Positions 55,565 to 64,000 of a DNA stretch of 64,000 nt are shown here, piece by piece (position 1 is the first letter of the stretch; each line of letters opens with the position of its first letter). Source of the stretch: an uncultured bacterium (GTDB lineage: Bacteria > Bacillota > Clostridia > Lachnospirales > Lachnospiraceae); NCBI GenBank assembly GCA_947567075.1, contig CANOLZ010000001.1, forward strand, positions 25,410 to 89,409, written 5' to 3'. Both the position numbers and the translations under genes were made by a program. The notes beneath the pieces are model-generated. The model saw only the letters and a list, made by a program, of their open reading frames with translations, searched no databases and was not told the origin of the DNA.

Positions 55565-56650
55565 CTAATGAATAATAATTTGATTTGGGCCAGTAAAGCG
55601 TTTGATTACAGGAGTATCAAATTCTATAACCCAGTCTTCAAAAGTGTGAATATTCACGGCATTATTGTCATATTCTTCCTTGGAGCAGTCTAAAAATGTA
55701 TATCGAGGTTGTGTAAGCTGTAAGATCAAATTATTGGATATGCCTGCGATATACCCATGGTGGGGAATTTGAAGAAAGTCCACATTCCAATAAGGACTTG
55801 TGTCACCCCAGTACTGACGCATAAGGGCAATGGAATAGTCTGTCATATCCCCAGTGATGAGGAAGGTAAAACCTTTAATATTAAAATGAAGGACAAGACA
55901 ATTCCCATTTACATCATAGTGATCCGGTTGAAAGCTCATGAGGCATCGGATATCTATATCTTCAATGGTCAGTTGGTCTCCCATATTTAACGGAACAAAT
56001 AAACTTTTCAAATCAGAAGACCTAAGCTGTTCAAAGGAATCAAATAATGAAGCATTATTTAATATATTTAAGTCTTTTCCTTCTTCCTCCTCATGGAAAA
56101 ATTCTGGGGTAAAAGGGTTATAGTAAATAGTGTCAATGGTAATCCCCCCATAATCTTCTTTAGAAAGAATGTCAACAAGGGCCCCTACATGGTCAAAATG
56201 GGGGTGGGTAATGAACCAGCTGTGAACTTTTCCACCATGTTCTTTGATAAAATCTAGGACATAATAGCTTTCTCCCTCATAACCCCCATCAATTATGATG
56301 AGTTCTCCATCAGGCAGCAAAATGCCATAAAAGCAGCCTCCAGCATTGCCTGTCATAGGCATTTGATAAAAGGTATAGTAGGGGCCTTCTTCTTGTAAAG
56401 TGGCTGCAATAACAACAGAGCCATCCTCGGTAGTTGTCTGGAGAAAGGTTTTTGAATGTTCTTCCAATACCTGTTCCAGTTTCTCCAGTTTTTTCTCAGA
56501 TTCTCCTACCTGAGATAGGAGATAAATGTTGAAAAGGGTGGTGAATCCAAAAAAGAGGAGAAGGAGATCGAGAAGAAGAAAAGATTTTTTACGGGATATA
56601 AGGGCAGGCTTTTCTTCTTGATCTTGAAATGGACTTATAGGTTTATTCAT
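55565..56650 (-). CDS. Membrane-anchored MBL-fold metallo-hydrolase (ComEC C-terminal-domain-like)
   Basis: N-terminal TM, then the HxHxDH motif ITHPHFDHVGAL and downstream IPHHG. Confidence 0.8.
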   Translation of the reverse strand: MNKPISPFQDQEEKPALISRKKSFLLLDLLLLFFGFTTLFNIYLLSQVGESEKKLEKLEQVLEEHSKTFLQTTTEDGSVVIAATLQEEGPYYTFYQMPMTGNAGGCFYGILLPDGELIIIDGGYEGESYYVLDFIKEHGGKVHSWFITHPHFDHVGALVDILSKEDYGGITIDTIYYNPFTPEFFHEEEEGKDLNILNNASLFDSFEQLRSSDLKSLFVPLNMGDQLTIEDIDIRCLMSFQPDHYDVNGNCLVLHFNIKGFTFLITGDMTDYSIALMRQYWGDTSPYWNVDFLQIPHHGYIAGISNNLILQLTQPRYTFLDCSKEEYDNNAVNIHTFEDWVIEFDTPVIKRFTGPNQIIIH

Positions 56651-56683
56651 AGTGGAACACTCCCTTCTATAATAGATTTTTTG

Positions 56684-57673
56684 TTAAAGGTTCCTTCCTG
56701 GCTGAAGAAAAACAGATGGGTATTTCCCAAGTATTTCTTCACTGAATTTAATAGCGCCTTCCATGTTTAAATGATTGGTGTCTCCAAAAAATTCATTGTC
56801 ATAACGGGGGACATAAGGATTCACAGTAATAGAAGGATATTCTTCCTGAATGGATTTCATATAAGAGATATATCCCTCATAATAGGAGGGGGTTAAGAAA
56901 TCATAGGAGCCTGCATTCATAGGAGCCTGCTCTACAATGACTTGAATCTGATGTTCCACACATAAGTCGAGAAGCTTATGATAATAAAAATCGATAAGGG
57001 GAGATTTCTGGAAAGATTTATAAGAAACTTCATAGTTAAATAAGTCATTGCCAGAATCCGTCCCATAGAGCATATGCCCTCTGGACTTAGTGAGCTCCTT
57101 ATATTTTTCCATATTGGCCTTACGGTTGCCAAGAAAGTCTGCATTATGCATAAAAAGTAAGTATCGGGTTGGAAAGCGGGTTTTATAAAAGAAGTAATCT
57201 TTCATATAAAAGCCAGAACAAACAGTTGGATCATCAAAACGGGCAGCATGATAATAAACTTCTGCCAGTTCCTTAAAATCCAAGTAATTATATAAAAGGG
57301 TTTGTTTCCAGTTATCAATTTCTGTAACGTGTTTTGGCGCAAAAATAAGAAAGGCGTAGCTTGGTGCAGTATGGTTTTCCAAATAGTTCGTTAAGGTGTA
57401 ATACATTTCAATACTGGTAGCTCCTCCTACAGACATATTGTAAGTATGAGGAGAAAGCTCATCAGGAATAAGACCAGCCTTAGAACGGGAGTCACCAATA
57501 ATCAAAATATCATAGGCAGGTCCTCTTTTTGCAAAGTCCAGCTGCTGCACCCAGGCGGGATACTCAATTTCCATATAATTCATAGGAAAGAGGAAAGCAT
57601 AGAGCATAAGAACCCAAAGGGGAAGCAGAAAGAATATAATTTGAATAAGATGTTTTCCTATGGATTTCTTCAC
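56684..57673 (-). CDS. Membrane-anchored SGNH/DltD/DUF1574-like protein
   Basis: N-terminal TM, a block-I-like ILIIGDSRS and a block-V-like DTNHLN near the C-terminus. Confidence 0.5.
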   Translation of the reverse strand: MKKSIGKHLIQIIFFLLPLWVLMLYAFLFPMNYMEIEYPAWVQQLDFAKRGPAYDILIIGDSRSKAGLIPDELSPHTYNMSVGGATSIEMYYTLTNYLENHTAPSYAFLIFAPKHVTEIDNWKQTLLYNYLDFKELAEVYYHAARFDDPTVCSGFYMKDYFFYKTRFPTRYLLFMHNADFLGNRKANMEKYKELTKSRGHMLYGTDSGNDLFNYEVSYKSFQKSPLIDFYYHKLLDLCVEHQIQVIVEQAPMNAGSYDFLTPSYYEGYISYMKSIQEEYPSITVNPYVPRYDNEFFGDTNHLNMEGAIKFSEEILGKYPSVFLQPGRNL

Positions 57674-57800
57674 TAGAATTCTCCTTATATGTTTACAAAA
57701 AAGGGATGATTATTTTAACAAGGATACATTTCTTTGAATACGGCTCATTATACTATAGAAGAGAAAGATATGTCAACGGACAGGAAAGGAAGGGAAAAGG

Positions 57801-58940
57801 ATGTCAATAAATATAGAGTATTTTTTAAAGGAAATTACAACAAAACTGGATATTGGATTTTTTACAGGAGTTCCTGACTCTCAGCTAAAAGAGCTATGTG
57901 ATACATTGTACGAAGAATATGGGGTAGAGGGAAGGCATGTTGTGGCGGCTAACGAAGGAGCAGCTGTAGGACTAGGGGCAGGACATTTCCTAGCTACAGG
58001 AACACCTGCCCTTATCTATATGCAAAATAGTGGTATGGGAAACGCCCTAAACCCTATAGTATCTTTAATGGATGAGAAGGTGTATAAAATTCCCGCCCTA
58101 TATGTTATTGGATTTCGAGGAGAGCCTGGACAAAAAGATGAACCTCAGCATATTTTTCAAGGAGAAATCACAGAGCCCTTATTAAAGCTTTTAAAAATTC
58201 CTTATTTTATAATAAGCAAGAATACGACCCAGGAGGAATTTTCCCAATGGATGGAAGAAGGAAGAAGGATTATAAAAGAAGGAAAAAGTATGGCATTTCT
58301 TGTAAAAAAGGGAGGATTTCATGGACAAAAAAAGGCAGGCTATAAAAATCCATATAAAGTGACTAGGGAAGAGGCTATTGAAATACTCATAAAGGAAGGG
58401 GGAAGGGATGATATTTTTGTATCCACAACAGGAAAGGCTTCCAGAGAACTTTATGAAATAAGGGAGAGGCTTAAGGAAGGACATAAGAAAGATTTTCTCA
58501 CAGTTGGTTCCATGGGACATGCATCTATGATTGCTCTTGGTATTGCTATGGAGAAAAAAGAAAGGACTGTCTGGTGCTTAGATGGAGATGGGGCAGCCCT
58601 CATGCATTTAGGAAGCATGGCAGTGGCAGCAGCAAAAGGATGTACAAATTTCATCCACATTGTTCTAAATAATAAAGCCCATGAGACAGTAGGGGGAATG
58701 CCTGTGAATCATGGAAGGCTGGATTTTAAGAAAATAGGGACAGCAGTAGGATATGAACACTCCTTTCAAGTGAGGGAGAAGGAGGAGCTTACCACATGGC
58801 TGAAAAAGAGGGAGGAGTATAAAGGAACAAAGCTCTTGGAAATTATGGTCGCCTTAGGGGCCAGAGAAGATTTGGGGCGTCCAGTGGCAACTCCTTGGGA
58901 AAATAAGGAGGCCTTCATGGAATATATAAAAAATGGGTGA
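57801..58940 (+). CDS. Phosphonopyruvate/sulfopyruvate decarboxylase-family ThDP enzyme
   Basis: The N-terminus has GFFTGVPDSQLKELCD, typical of phosphonopyruvate decarboxylase. The ThDP motif is LDGDGAALMHLGSMAVAAAKGCTNFIHIVLNN. 379 aa, a fused alpha/beta form. Confidence 0.72.
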   Translation: MSINIEYFLKEITTKLDIGFFTGVPDSQLKELCDTLYEEYGVEGRHVVAANEGAAVGLGAGHFLATGTPALIYMQNSGMGNALNPIVSLMDEKVYKIPALYVIGFRGEPGQKDEPQHIFQGEITEPLLKLLKIPYFIISKNTTQEEFSQWMEEGRRIIKEGKSMAFLVKKGGFHGQKKAGYKNPYKVTREEAIEILIKEGGRDDIFVSTTGKASRELYEIRERLKEGHKKDFLTVGSMGHASMIALGIAMEKKERTVWCLDGDGAALMHLGSMAVAAAKGCTNFIHIVLNNKAHETVGGMPVNHGRLDFKKIGTAVGYEHSFQVREKEELTTWLKKREEYKGTKLLEIMVALGAREDLGRPVATPWENKEAFMEYIKNG

Positions 58941-58962
58941 TCCTTTTTAAGAACACCCATTT
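58931..58962. terminator. Bidirectional hairpin terminator between convergent genes
   Basis: AAATGGGTG ... CACCCATTT (14-nt loop), flanked by an A-run and a T-run. It overlaps the stop codon of the decarboxylase gene. Confidence 0.45.
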
Positions 58963-58967
58963 TTATT

Positions 58968-59597
58968 CTAAATGCCAAAGAGGGCGGCAATCTGGGGAGT
59001 TAGAACCCCATCAGGAGATAAACCATTTGCCTGTTGAAATTGAGCGAGAGCCTGGGCTGTTAAAGGGTCAAAGATACCCGTGGGGATTCCACATGGAAAA
59101 CCAAGGGCATTAAGGGAAGACTGAAGTTTTACAATAGATTCAGGGGGCAGCTGCATAGAAGATTGATTCGTCAATGCAGCTGCCGCTTCCTGCTTTGCCA
59201 AAAAGAGAGACTGACCAGCCAAAAGGGCCTGTGCCTGTCTTCCTAAATAGTTTTCCTGGGTTTTCGATGAAAGATAGGGAATGGCAATAAGGGCTTGTTG
59301 TTGTAAGGCCACTTTCTGCTGTTGGGCTATAGATGCATAATCAATTCCCGATAAAATAGGATAAGTAGAGGAAAAAGGAGTTGTTGTAGTATTAGTGCCA
59401 TAAGGGCAGATTCCTCCAGGATGAAGATGAGCAGGATAATCATGATGGTAGTAATAACCATTTTCATGTCTGTAATCATGATGGCCCTGTGTGTCCCCTC
59501 CAGAATGAACATGGGCTTTTACAGGTAATGAAAATAGTATAGTAAACAGAGAGACGCCTGTAAGACAGACGGATATGGTTTTTTTAATTTTTCTCAT
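58968..59597 (-). CDS. Secreted His/Tyr-rich protein with C-terminal peptidoglycan-binding domain
   Basis: Signal peptide MRKIKKTISVCLTGVSLFTILFSLPVKA, an HVHSGGDTQGHHDYRHENGYYYHHDYPAHLHPGG stretch, and a PG_binding_1-like LQSSLNALGF...LTAQALAQFQQANGLSPDGVLTPQ. Confidence 0.7.
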   Translation of the reverse strand: MRKIKKTISVCLTGVSLFTILFSLPVKAHVHSGGDTQGHHDYRHENGYYYHHDYPAHLHPGGICPYGTNTTTTPFSSTYPILSGIDYASIAQQQKVALQQQALIAIPYLSSKTQENYLGRQAQALLAGQSLFLAKQEAAAALTNQSSMQLPPESIVKLQSSLNALGFPCGIPTGIFDPLTAQALAQFQQANGLSPDGVLTPQIAALFGI

Positions 59598-59670
59598 AAT
59601 AAAAGCAACCTCCATTCTATTGTAACTTGCTTTGTTCTAATTGGAACACATAGACTTTTGAAAAATCATA

Positions 59671-59699
59671 TTTACAAAAAAGAGGAAGTATAGTATAGT
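59671..59699 (+). promoter_or_regulatory. Sigma-A-type promoter upstream of gltB
   Basis: TTTACA (59671-59676), a 17-nt spacer, then TATAGT (59694-59699). Confidence 0.5.
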
Positions 59700-59761
59700 G
59701 TTTTGAAATGAAAAAAATATTTGTTTTAATCATTGAAAAATGGAGAAAGGATGTGAAGCAA

Positions 59762-62700
59762 ATGTTCTGCCAGGAAGTGGACAGCCCAGTTAAGGGGCTT
59801 TACCGACAGGAATTTGAGCATGATAACTGTGGGATTGGAGCAGTCGTCAATATTAAAGGCAAAAAAAGCAGGGCAACTGTAGAAAACGCATTAAAAATTG
59901 TAGAAAATTTAGAGCATAGAGCTGGCAAAGATGCCGAAGGCAAGACAGGAGACGGAGTTGGAATTCTATTGCAGATTCCCCATAAATTCTTTCAAAAAGC
60001 TGTCGAACCCCTTGGCATTTTTTTATTGGAAGAAAGAGACTATGGAATTGGCATGTTTTTCTTCCCCCAAGATGAGCTGAAGAGAAATCAGGCAAAGAAA
60101 ATGTTTGAGATTATTGTGGAGAAGGAGGGACTTTCCTTTTTGGGATGGAGGGATGTGCCTACGGTTCCTGGAGTTCTAGGACAAAAGGCAGTCCAATGTA
60201 TGCCCTATTTCATGCAGGCCTTTATCCAACGGCCGAAAGATGTGGAAAAGGGGTTGGAATTTGACAGAAAGCTTTATATTGTCAGGCGTATTTTTGAGCA
60301 AAGTGCGGATGATAGTTACGTAGTTTCTTGTTCCAGCAGGACTATTGTTTATAAAGGGATGTTTCTTGTAGGGCAGCTGCGCACTTTTTTCCCAGATCTT
60401 CAAAGTCCAGATTTTGTGTCCGCCATTGCCATGGTGCATTCCCGTTTTTCTACCAACACAAATCCAAGCTGGGAGCGGGCTCACCCTAATCGATTGATTG
60501 TCCATAATGGAGAGATTAACACAATTCGAGGAAATGCAGACAAGATGCTGGCAAGAGAGGAGACAATGGAGTCAGAACATTTAAAGGGACAGCTCCATAA
60601 GGTGCTTCCAGTTATCCACGCTTCTGGTTCAGACTCTGCTATGTTAGACAATACTTTGGAATTTTTAGTCATGAGCGGGATGGAGCTTCCCTTAGCAGTC
60701 ATGATAGCCATTCCAGAGCCTTGGGCAAAGGATCCTGCTATGTCCCAGAAAAAAAAGGATTTTTACCAATATTATGCCACCATGATGGAGCCTTGGGACG
60801 GTCCTGCTTCTATTTTATTTAGTGACGGGGACGTCATGGGAGCCGTTCTAGATCGCAACGGACTTCGCCCTTCTAGATATTACATTACAGAAGATGATCA
60901 TTTAATTCTTTCTTCCGAAGTAGGAGTTTTAGAGATGGAGCCAAGGAAGGTCTTCGTAAAGGAGAGACTAAGACCTGGAAAAATGCTTCTTGTAGATACA
61001 GTTAAAGGCGAAGTTATTGATGATGAGAAGCTAAAAGAGACCTATGGGGCAAAGGAGCCTTATGGGGAATGGCTGGACAGAAATTTAGTCAGGTTAAAAG
61101 ATTTAAAAATACCTAATGAGAGAGTGCCAGAGTTTTCCAACGAAGAGAGGCAAAAAATGCAAAAAGCCTTTGGCTATACGTATGAAGAAGTGAAAACAAC
61201 CATACTTCCTATGGCAAGAAATGGTTCTGAAGCCATTGCAGCTATGGGTGTGGATACCCCTTTGCCAGTGCTTTCTAAAAGTTACCATCCCTTGTTTCAC
61301 TATTTTAAACAGCTTTTTGCACAAGTTACCAATCCTCCCATTGATGCAATCCGAGAGGAAATTGTCACCTCCACAACCGTTTATATGGGTACAGAAGGAA
61401 ATATACTAAAGGCAGACGCAAAAAACTGTAATGTTCTTCGGGTGGATAACCCTATTTTAACAAATACAGATTTGTTAAAAATAAAAAACATGAAGGAAAA
61501 GGGCTTTCAGGTGGAGGTTGTTCCTATTACCTATTACAAAAACACAAGTTTAGAAAAAGCCCTTGAGCGACTTTGTGTAGAAACAGACAGGGCCTACCGA
61601 GATGGGGGAAATATAATGATTCTCTCAGACAGGGGGGTGGATGAAAATCACGTAGCTATCCCCTCTTTATTGGCTGTATCAGCCCTAAACCGCCATCTTG
61701 TGAACACAAAGAAGAGGACAAGCGTAGCTTTGATCTTAGAATCGGGAGAGCCTAGGGATGTACACCATTTTGCCACCCTCCTTGGCTATGGGGCTTGTGC
61801 TATTAATCCTTACTTAGCCCAGGATACCATTAAAGAATTAATTGATAACCAGATGCTTCATAAAGATTATTATGCAGCTGTGGATGATTATAATCACGCA
61901 ATTCTCCATGGCATTGTTAAAATTGCCTCTAAAATGGGAATATCTACTATACAGTCTTATCAAGGCTCTCAAATTTTTGAGGCTATTGGAATTGATTATC
62001 ATGTAATTGATAAATATTTTACAAACACTGTATGCAGAGTAGGGGGAATTACGTTAGAAGATATGGGCAGGCAGGTAAATGAGCTCCATAATAAAGCCTT
62101 TGATCCCCTAGGCCTGTCCAATGATCTCACGCTGGATAGTATAGGACGTCATAAAATGAGAAGTGGAGGAGAGGAACATTTATACAACCCAGCGACTATC
62201 CACTTACTCCAGCAGTCTACAAAAACAGGGGATTATTCCTTGTTCAAACAGTACACGGCTTTGCTCAATGAGGAAATATCCATTAAAAATTTAAGGGGGT
62301 TGATGGACTTTCAGTATCCAAAAAATGGAATTCCTATAGAAGAAGTAGAGAGCGCTGCTTCCATTGTAAGAAGATTCAAGACAGGAGCTATGTCTTATGG
62401 CTCTATTTCCAAGGAAGCCCACGAGACATTAGCCATTGCTATGAACAGGCTCCAAGGGAAATCCAACAGCGGAGAGGGAGGAGAAAGCCTAGACAGGATG
62501 ACGGATAAGGGAGGAGAAAACAGATGCTCAGCTATTAAACAAGTTGCCTCAGGCCGCTTTGGGGTAACAAGCCGTTACTTAGTCAGTGCAAAAGAGATAC
62601 AAATAAAAATGGCCCAGGGAGCAAAACCAGGAGAGGGAGGGCATCTCCCAGGAGGAAAGGTATATCCCTGGATAGCGAAGACAAGGCATTCCACCCCGGG

Positions 62701-64000
62701 AGTTGGTCTCATATCCCCTCCTCCTCACCATGATATCTATTCTATTGAAGATTTGGCCCAGCTTATCTATGATCTAAAAAATGCCAATAAGGAGGCAAGA
62801 ATATCTGTAAAACTTGTATCAGAGGCAGGAGTGGGAACAATAGCCGCAGGAGTGGCAAAGGCAGGGGCACAGGTTATTCTTGTATCAGGATACGATGGGG
62901 GAACTGGAGCGGCGCCAAAAACTTCTATTCACAATGCAGGGCTTCCATGGGAACTGGGGCTTGCGGAAACCCATCAGACGTTAATACGCAATGGACTAAG
63001 AAACAAGGTGCGTATTGAAACAGATGGAAAGCTCATGAGTGGAAGAGACGTGGCCATTGCCGCCATTTTAGGTGCAGAGGAGTTTGGCTTTGCCACAGCG
63101 CCCCTAGTAACTATGGGATGTCTTATGATGAGAGTCTGCGATTTAGACACCTGTCCTGTAGGAATTGCTACTCAAAATCCAAAGCTGCGGGAAAGATTTA
63201 AAGGAAAGCCAGAATATGTAGTGAATTTTATGAACTTTATTGCAGAAGAATTAAGGGAGTATATGGCAAAACTAGGTGTGAGAACTGTGGACGAGCTAGT
63301 TGGAAAAACGGAGTTTCTAAAGGTAAAGGAACATCTAGGAGAAAAATATAGAAAAATTGACTTAAGCAATATATTGTATAATCCCTATGAGGGAACAAAA
63401 CAAAAAGTAACCTTTGATCCAAAACAGGCATATAACTTTGAGCTGGAAAAAACCTTGGATGAGAAAGTAATTTTAAAGGAGCTGAAAAAATCCATAGAGT
63501 GGGGACAGAAAAAAAAGCTGGAAGTGGAAGTGAAAAATACGGATCGGGCTTTTGGAACCATAGTAGGTTCAGAAATTACAAAGGGTTTAGGAGACACAGT
63601 GGAAGAGGACAGTTATCATATAGTATGCCATGGCTCTGGAGGACAAAGTTTTGGAGCCTTCATTCCAAAGGGGTTGACATTAGAATTAGTAGGAGACAGC
63701 AACGACTATTTTGGAAAGGGATTATCAGGAGGAAAGCTCATTGTCTATCCTCCAAAAGAGAGCAAATTTGCCCATGAAGAAAATATTATTATTGGAAATG
63801 TGGCAATGTACGGAGCCACAAGTGGAAAGGTTTATATTAATGGTGTGGCGGGAGAACGGTTTTGCGTAAGAAATTCTGGAGCCAGCGCTGTAGTAGAAGG
63901 AGTAGGGGATCACGGCTGTGAGTACATGACAGGAGGAAGGGTCGTGATTCTTGGAAAGACAGGGAAAAACTTTGCTGCTGGAATGAGCGGAGGTATTGCC
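59762..64000 (+). CDS. gltB: Glutamate synthase large subunit (partial, runs off the window)
   Basis: The frame is open for 1413 codons to the window end. It has an Ntn amidotransferase (DNCGIGAVV, HSRFSTNT, HNGEINT), an FMN domain (ISPPPHHDIYSIEDLAQLI, SGYDGGTGA) and the start of a GXGXG domain. It is absent from the ORF track because no stop lies in the window. Confidence 0.92.
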   Translation, partial: MFCQEVDSPVKGLYRQEFEHDNCGIGAVVNIKGKKSRATVENALKIVENLEHRAGKDAEGKTGDGVGILLQIPHKFFQKAVEPLGIFLLEERDYGIGMFFFPQDELKRNQAKKMFEIIVEKEGLSFLGWRDVPTVPGVLGQKAVQCMPYFMQAFIQRPKDVEKGLEFDRKLYIVRRIFEQSADDSYVVSCSSRTIVYKGMFLVGQLRTFFPDLQSPDFVSAIAMVHSRFSTNTNPSWERAHPNRLIVHNGEINTIRGNADKMLAREETMESEHLKGQLHKVLPVIHASGSDSAMLDNTLEFLVMSGMELPLAVMIAIPEPWAKDPAMSQKKKDFYQYYATMMEPWDGPASILFSDGDVMGAVLDRNGLRPSRYYITEDDHLILSSEVGVLEMEPRKVFVKERLRPGKMLLVDTVKGEVIDDEKLKETYGAKEPYGEWLDRNLVRLKDLKIPNERVPEFSNEERQKMQKAFGYTYEEVKTTILPMARNGSEAIAAMGVDTPLPVLSKSYHPLFHYFKQLFAQVTNPPIDAIREEIVTSTTVYMGTEGNILKADAKNCNVLRVDNPILTNTDLLKIKNMKEKGFQVEVVPITYYKNTSLEKALERLCVETDRAYRDGGNIMILSDRGVDENHVAIPSLLAVSALNRHLVNTKKRTSVALILESGEPRDVHHFATLLGYGACAINPYLAQDTIKELIDNQMLHKDYYAAVDDYNHAILHGIVKIASKMGISTIQSYQGSQIFEAIGIDYHVIDKYFTNTVCRVGGITLEDMGRQVNELHNKAFDPLGLSNDLTLDSIGRHKMRSGGEEHLYNPATIHLLQQSTKTGDYSLFKQYTALLNEEISIKNLRGLMDFQYPKNGIPIEEVESAASIVRRFKTGAMSYGSISKEAHETLAIAMNRLQGKSNSGEGGESLDRMTDKGGENRCSAIKQVASGRFGVTSRYLVSAKEIQIKMAQGAKPGEGGHLPGGKVYPWIAKTRHSTPGVGLISPPPHHDIYSIEDLAQLIYDLKNANKEARISVKLVSEAGVGTIAAGVAKAGAQVILVSGYDGGTGAAPKTSIHNAGLPWELGLAETHQTLIRNGLRNKVRIETDGKLMSGRDVAIAAILGAEEFGFATAPLVTMGCLMMRVCDLDTCPVGIATQNPKLRERFKGKPEYVVNFMNFIAEELREYMAKLGVRTVDELVGKTEFLKVKEHLGEKYRKIDLSNILYNPYEGTKQKVTFDPKQAYNFELEKTLDEKVILKELKKSIEWGQKKKLEVEVKNTDRAFGTIVGSEITKGLGDTVEEDSYHIVCHGSGGQSFGAFIPKGLTLELVGDSNDYFGKGLSGGKLIVYPPKESKFAHEENIIIGNVAMYGATSGKVYINGVAGERFCVRNSGASAVVEGVGDHGCEYMTGGRVVILGKTGKNFAAGMSGGIA

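Noticed and set aside
1-64000. Looked for rRNA, tRNA, CRISPR arrays and long tandem repeats.
   Set aside because: No cloverleaf-like or rRNA-like segments, and no regularly spaced direct repeats, were seen by eye. Nearly all sequence is accounted for by protein-coding genes. A tRNAscan, Infernal or CRISPR-finder run would be needed to be definitive.

Overview
Clostridia-type (probably Lachnospiraceae-like) chromosomal window, almost fully coding.

Gene content, left to right:
- A PepSY protein, a GT2 glycosyltransferase, addB-addA, a hypothetical membrane protein and a RACo-like 2Fe-2S/ASKHA protein.
- A ~25-kb L-fucose(/rhamnose) supercluster. It holds an AraC regulator, fucI, fucU, a YesN/YesM-type two-component system with an extra binding protein, and a sugar ABC transporter.
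- Within that supercluster, a B12-independent glycyl-radical-enzyme microcompartment (GRM) operon. It encodes two class II aldolases, the GRE and its activase, a PduP-like ALDH, a Zn-ADH, PduL, a PduS/RnfC-like protein, four BMC-H, PduU-like, PduT-like and BMC-P shell proteins, and an FGGY kinase.
- An AT-rich mosaic islet with gene remnants, a small His-bearing membrane protein and an orphan GHKL-ATPase fused to a PD-(D/E)xK-like nuclease (candidate single-gene defence system).
- Three NodB deacetylase genes.
- An MCP, a partial legionaminic-acid-like nonulosonic-acid cluster with a formyltransferase, and MBL and SGNH-like membrane proteins.
- An orphan phosphonopyruvate-decarboxylase-family gene, a PG-binding protein and the first 4.2 kb of gltB.

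Most notable observation: the PdaB-like deacetylase gene is cleanly split by a 2,265-bp element. The element encodes a large serine recombinase and is bounded by an 8-bp direct repeat. This makes it a candidate minimal skin-like intervening element.

No rRNA, tRNA or CRISPR array was seen by eye. All family calls rest on motifs read from the translations. No database search was run.
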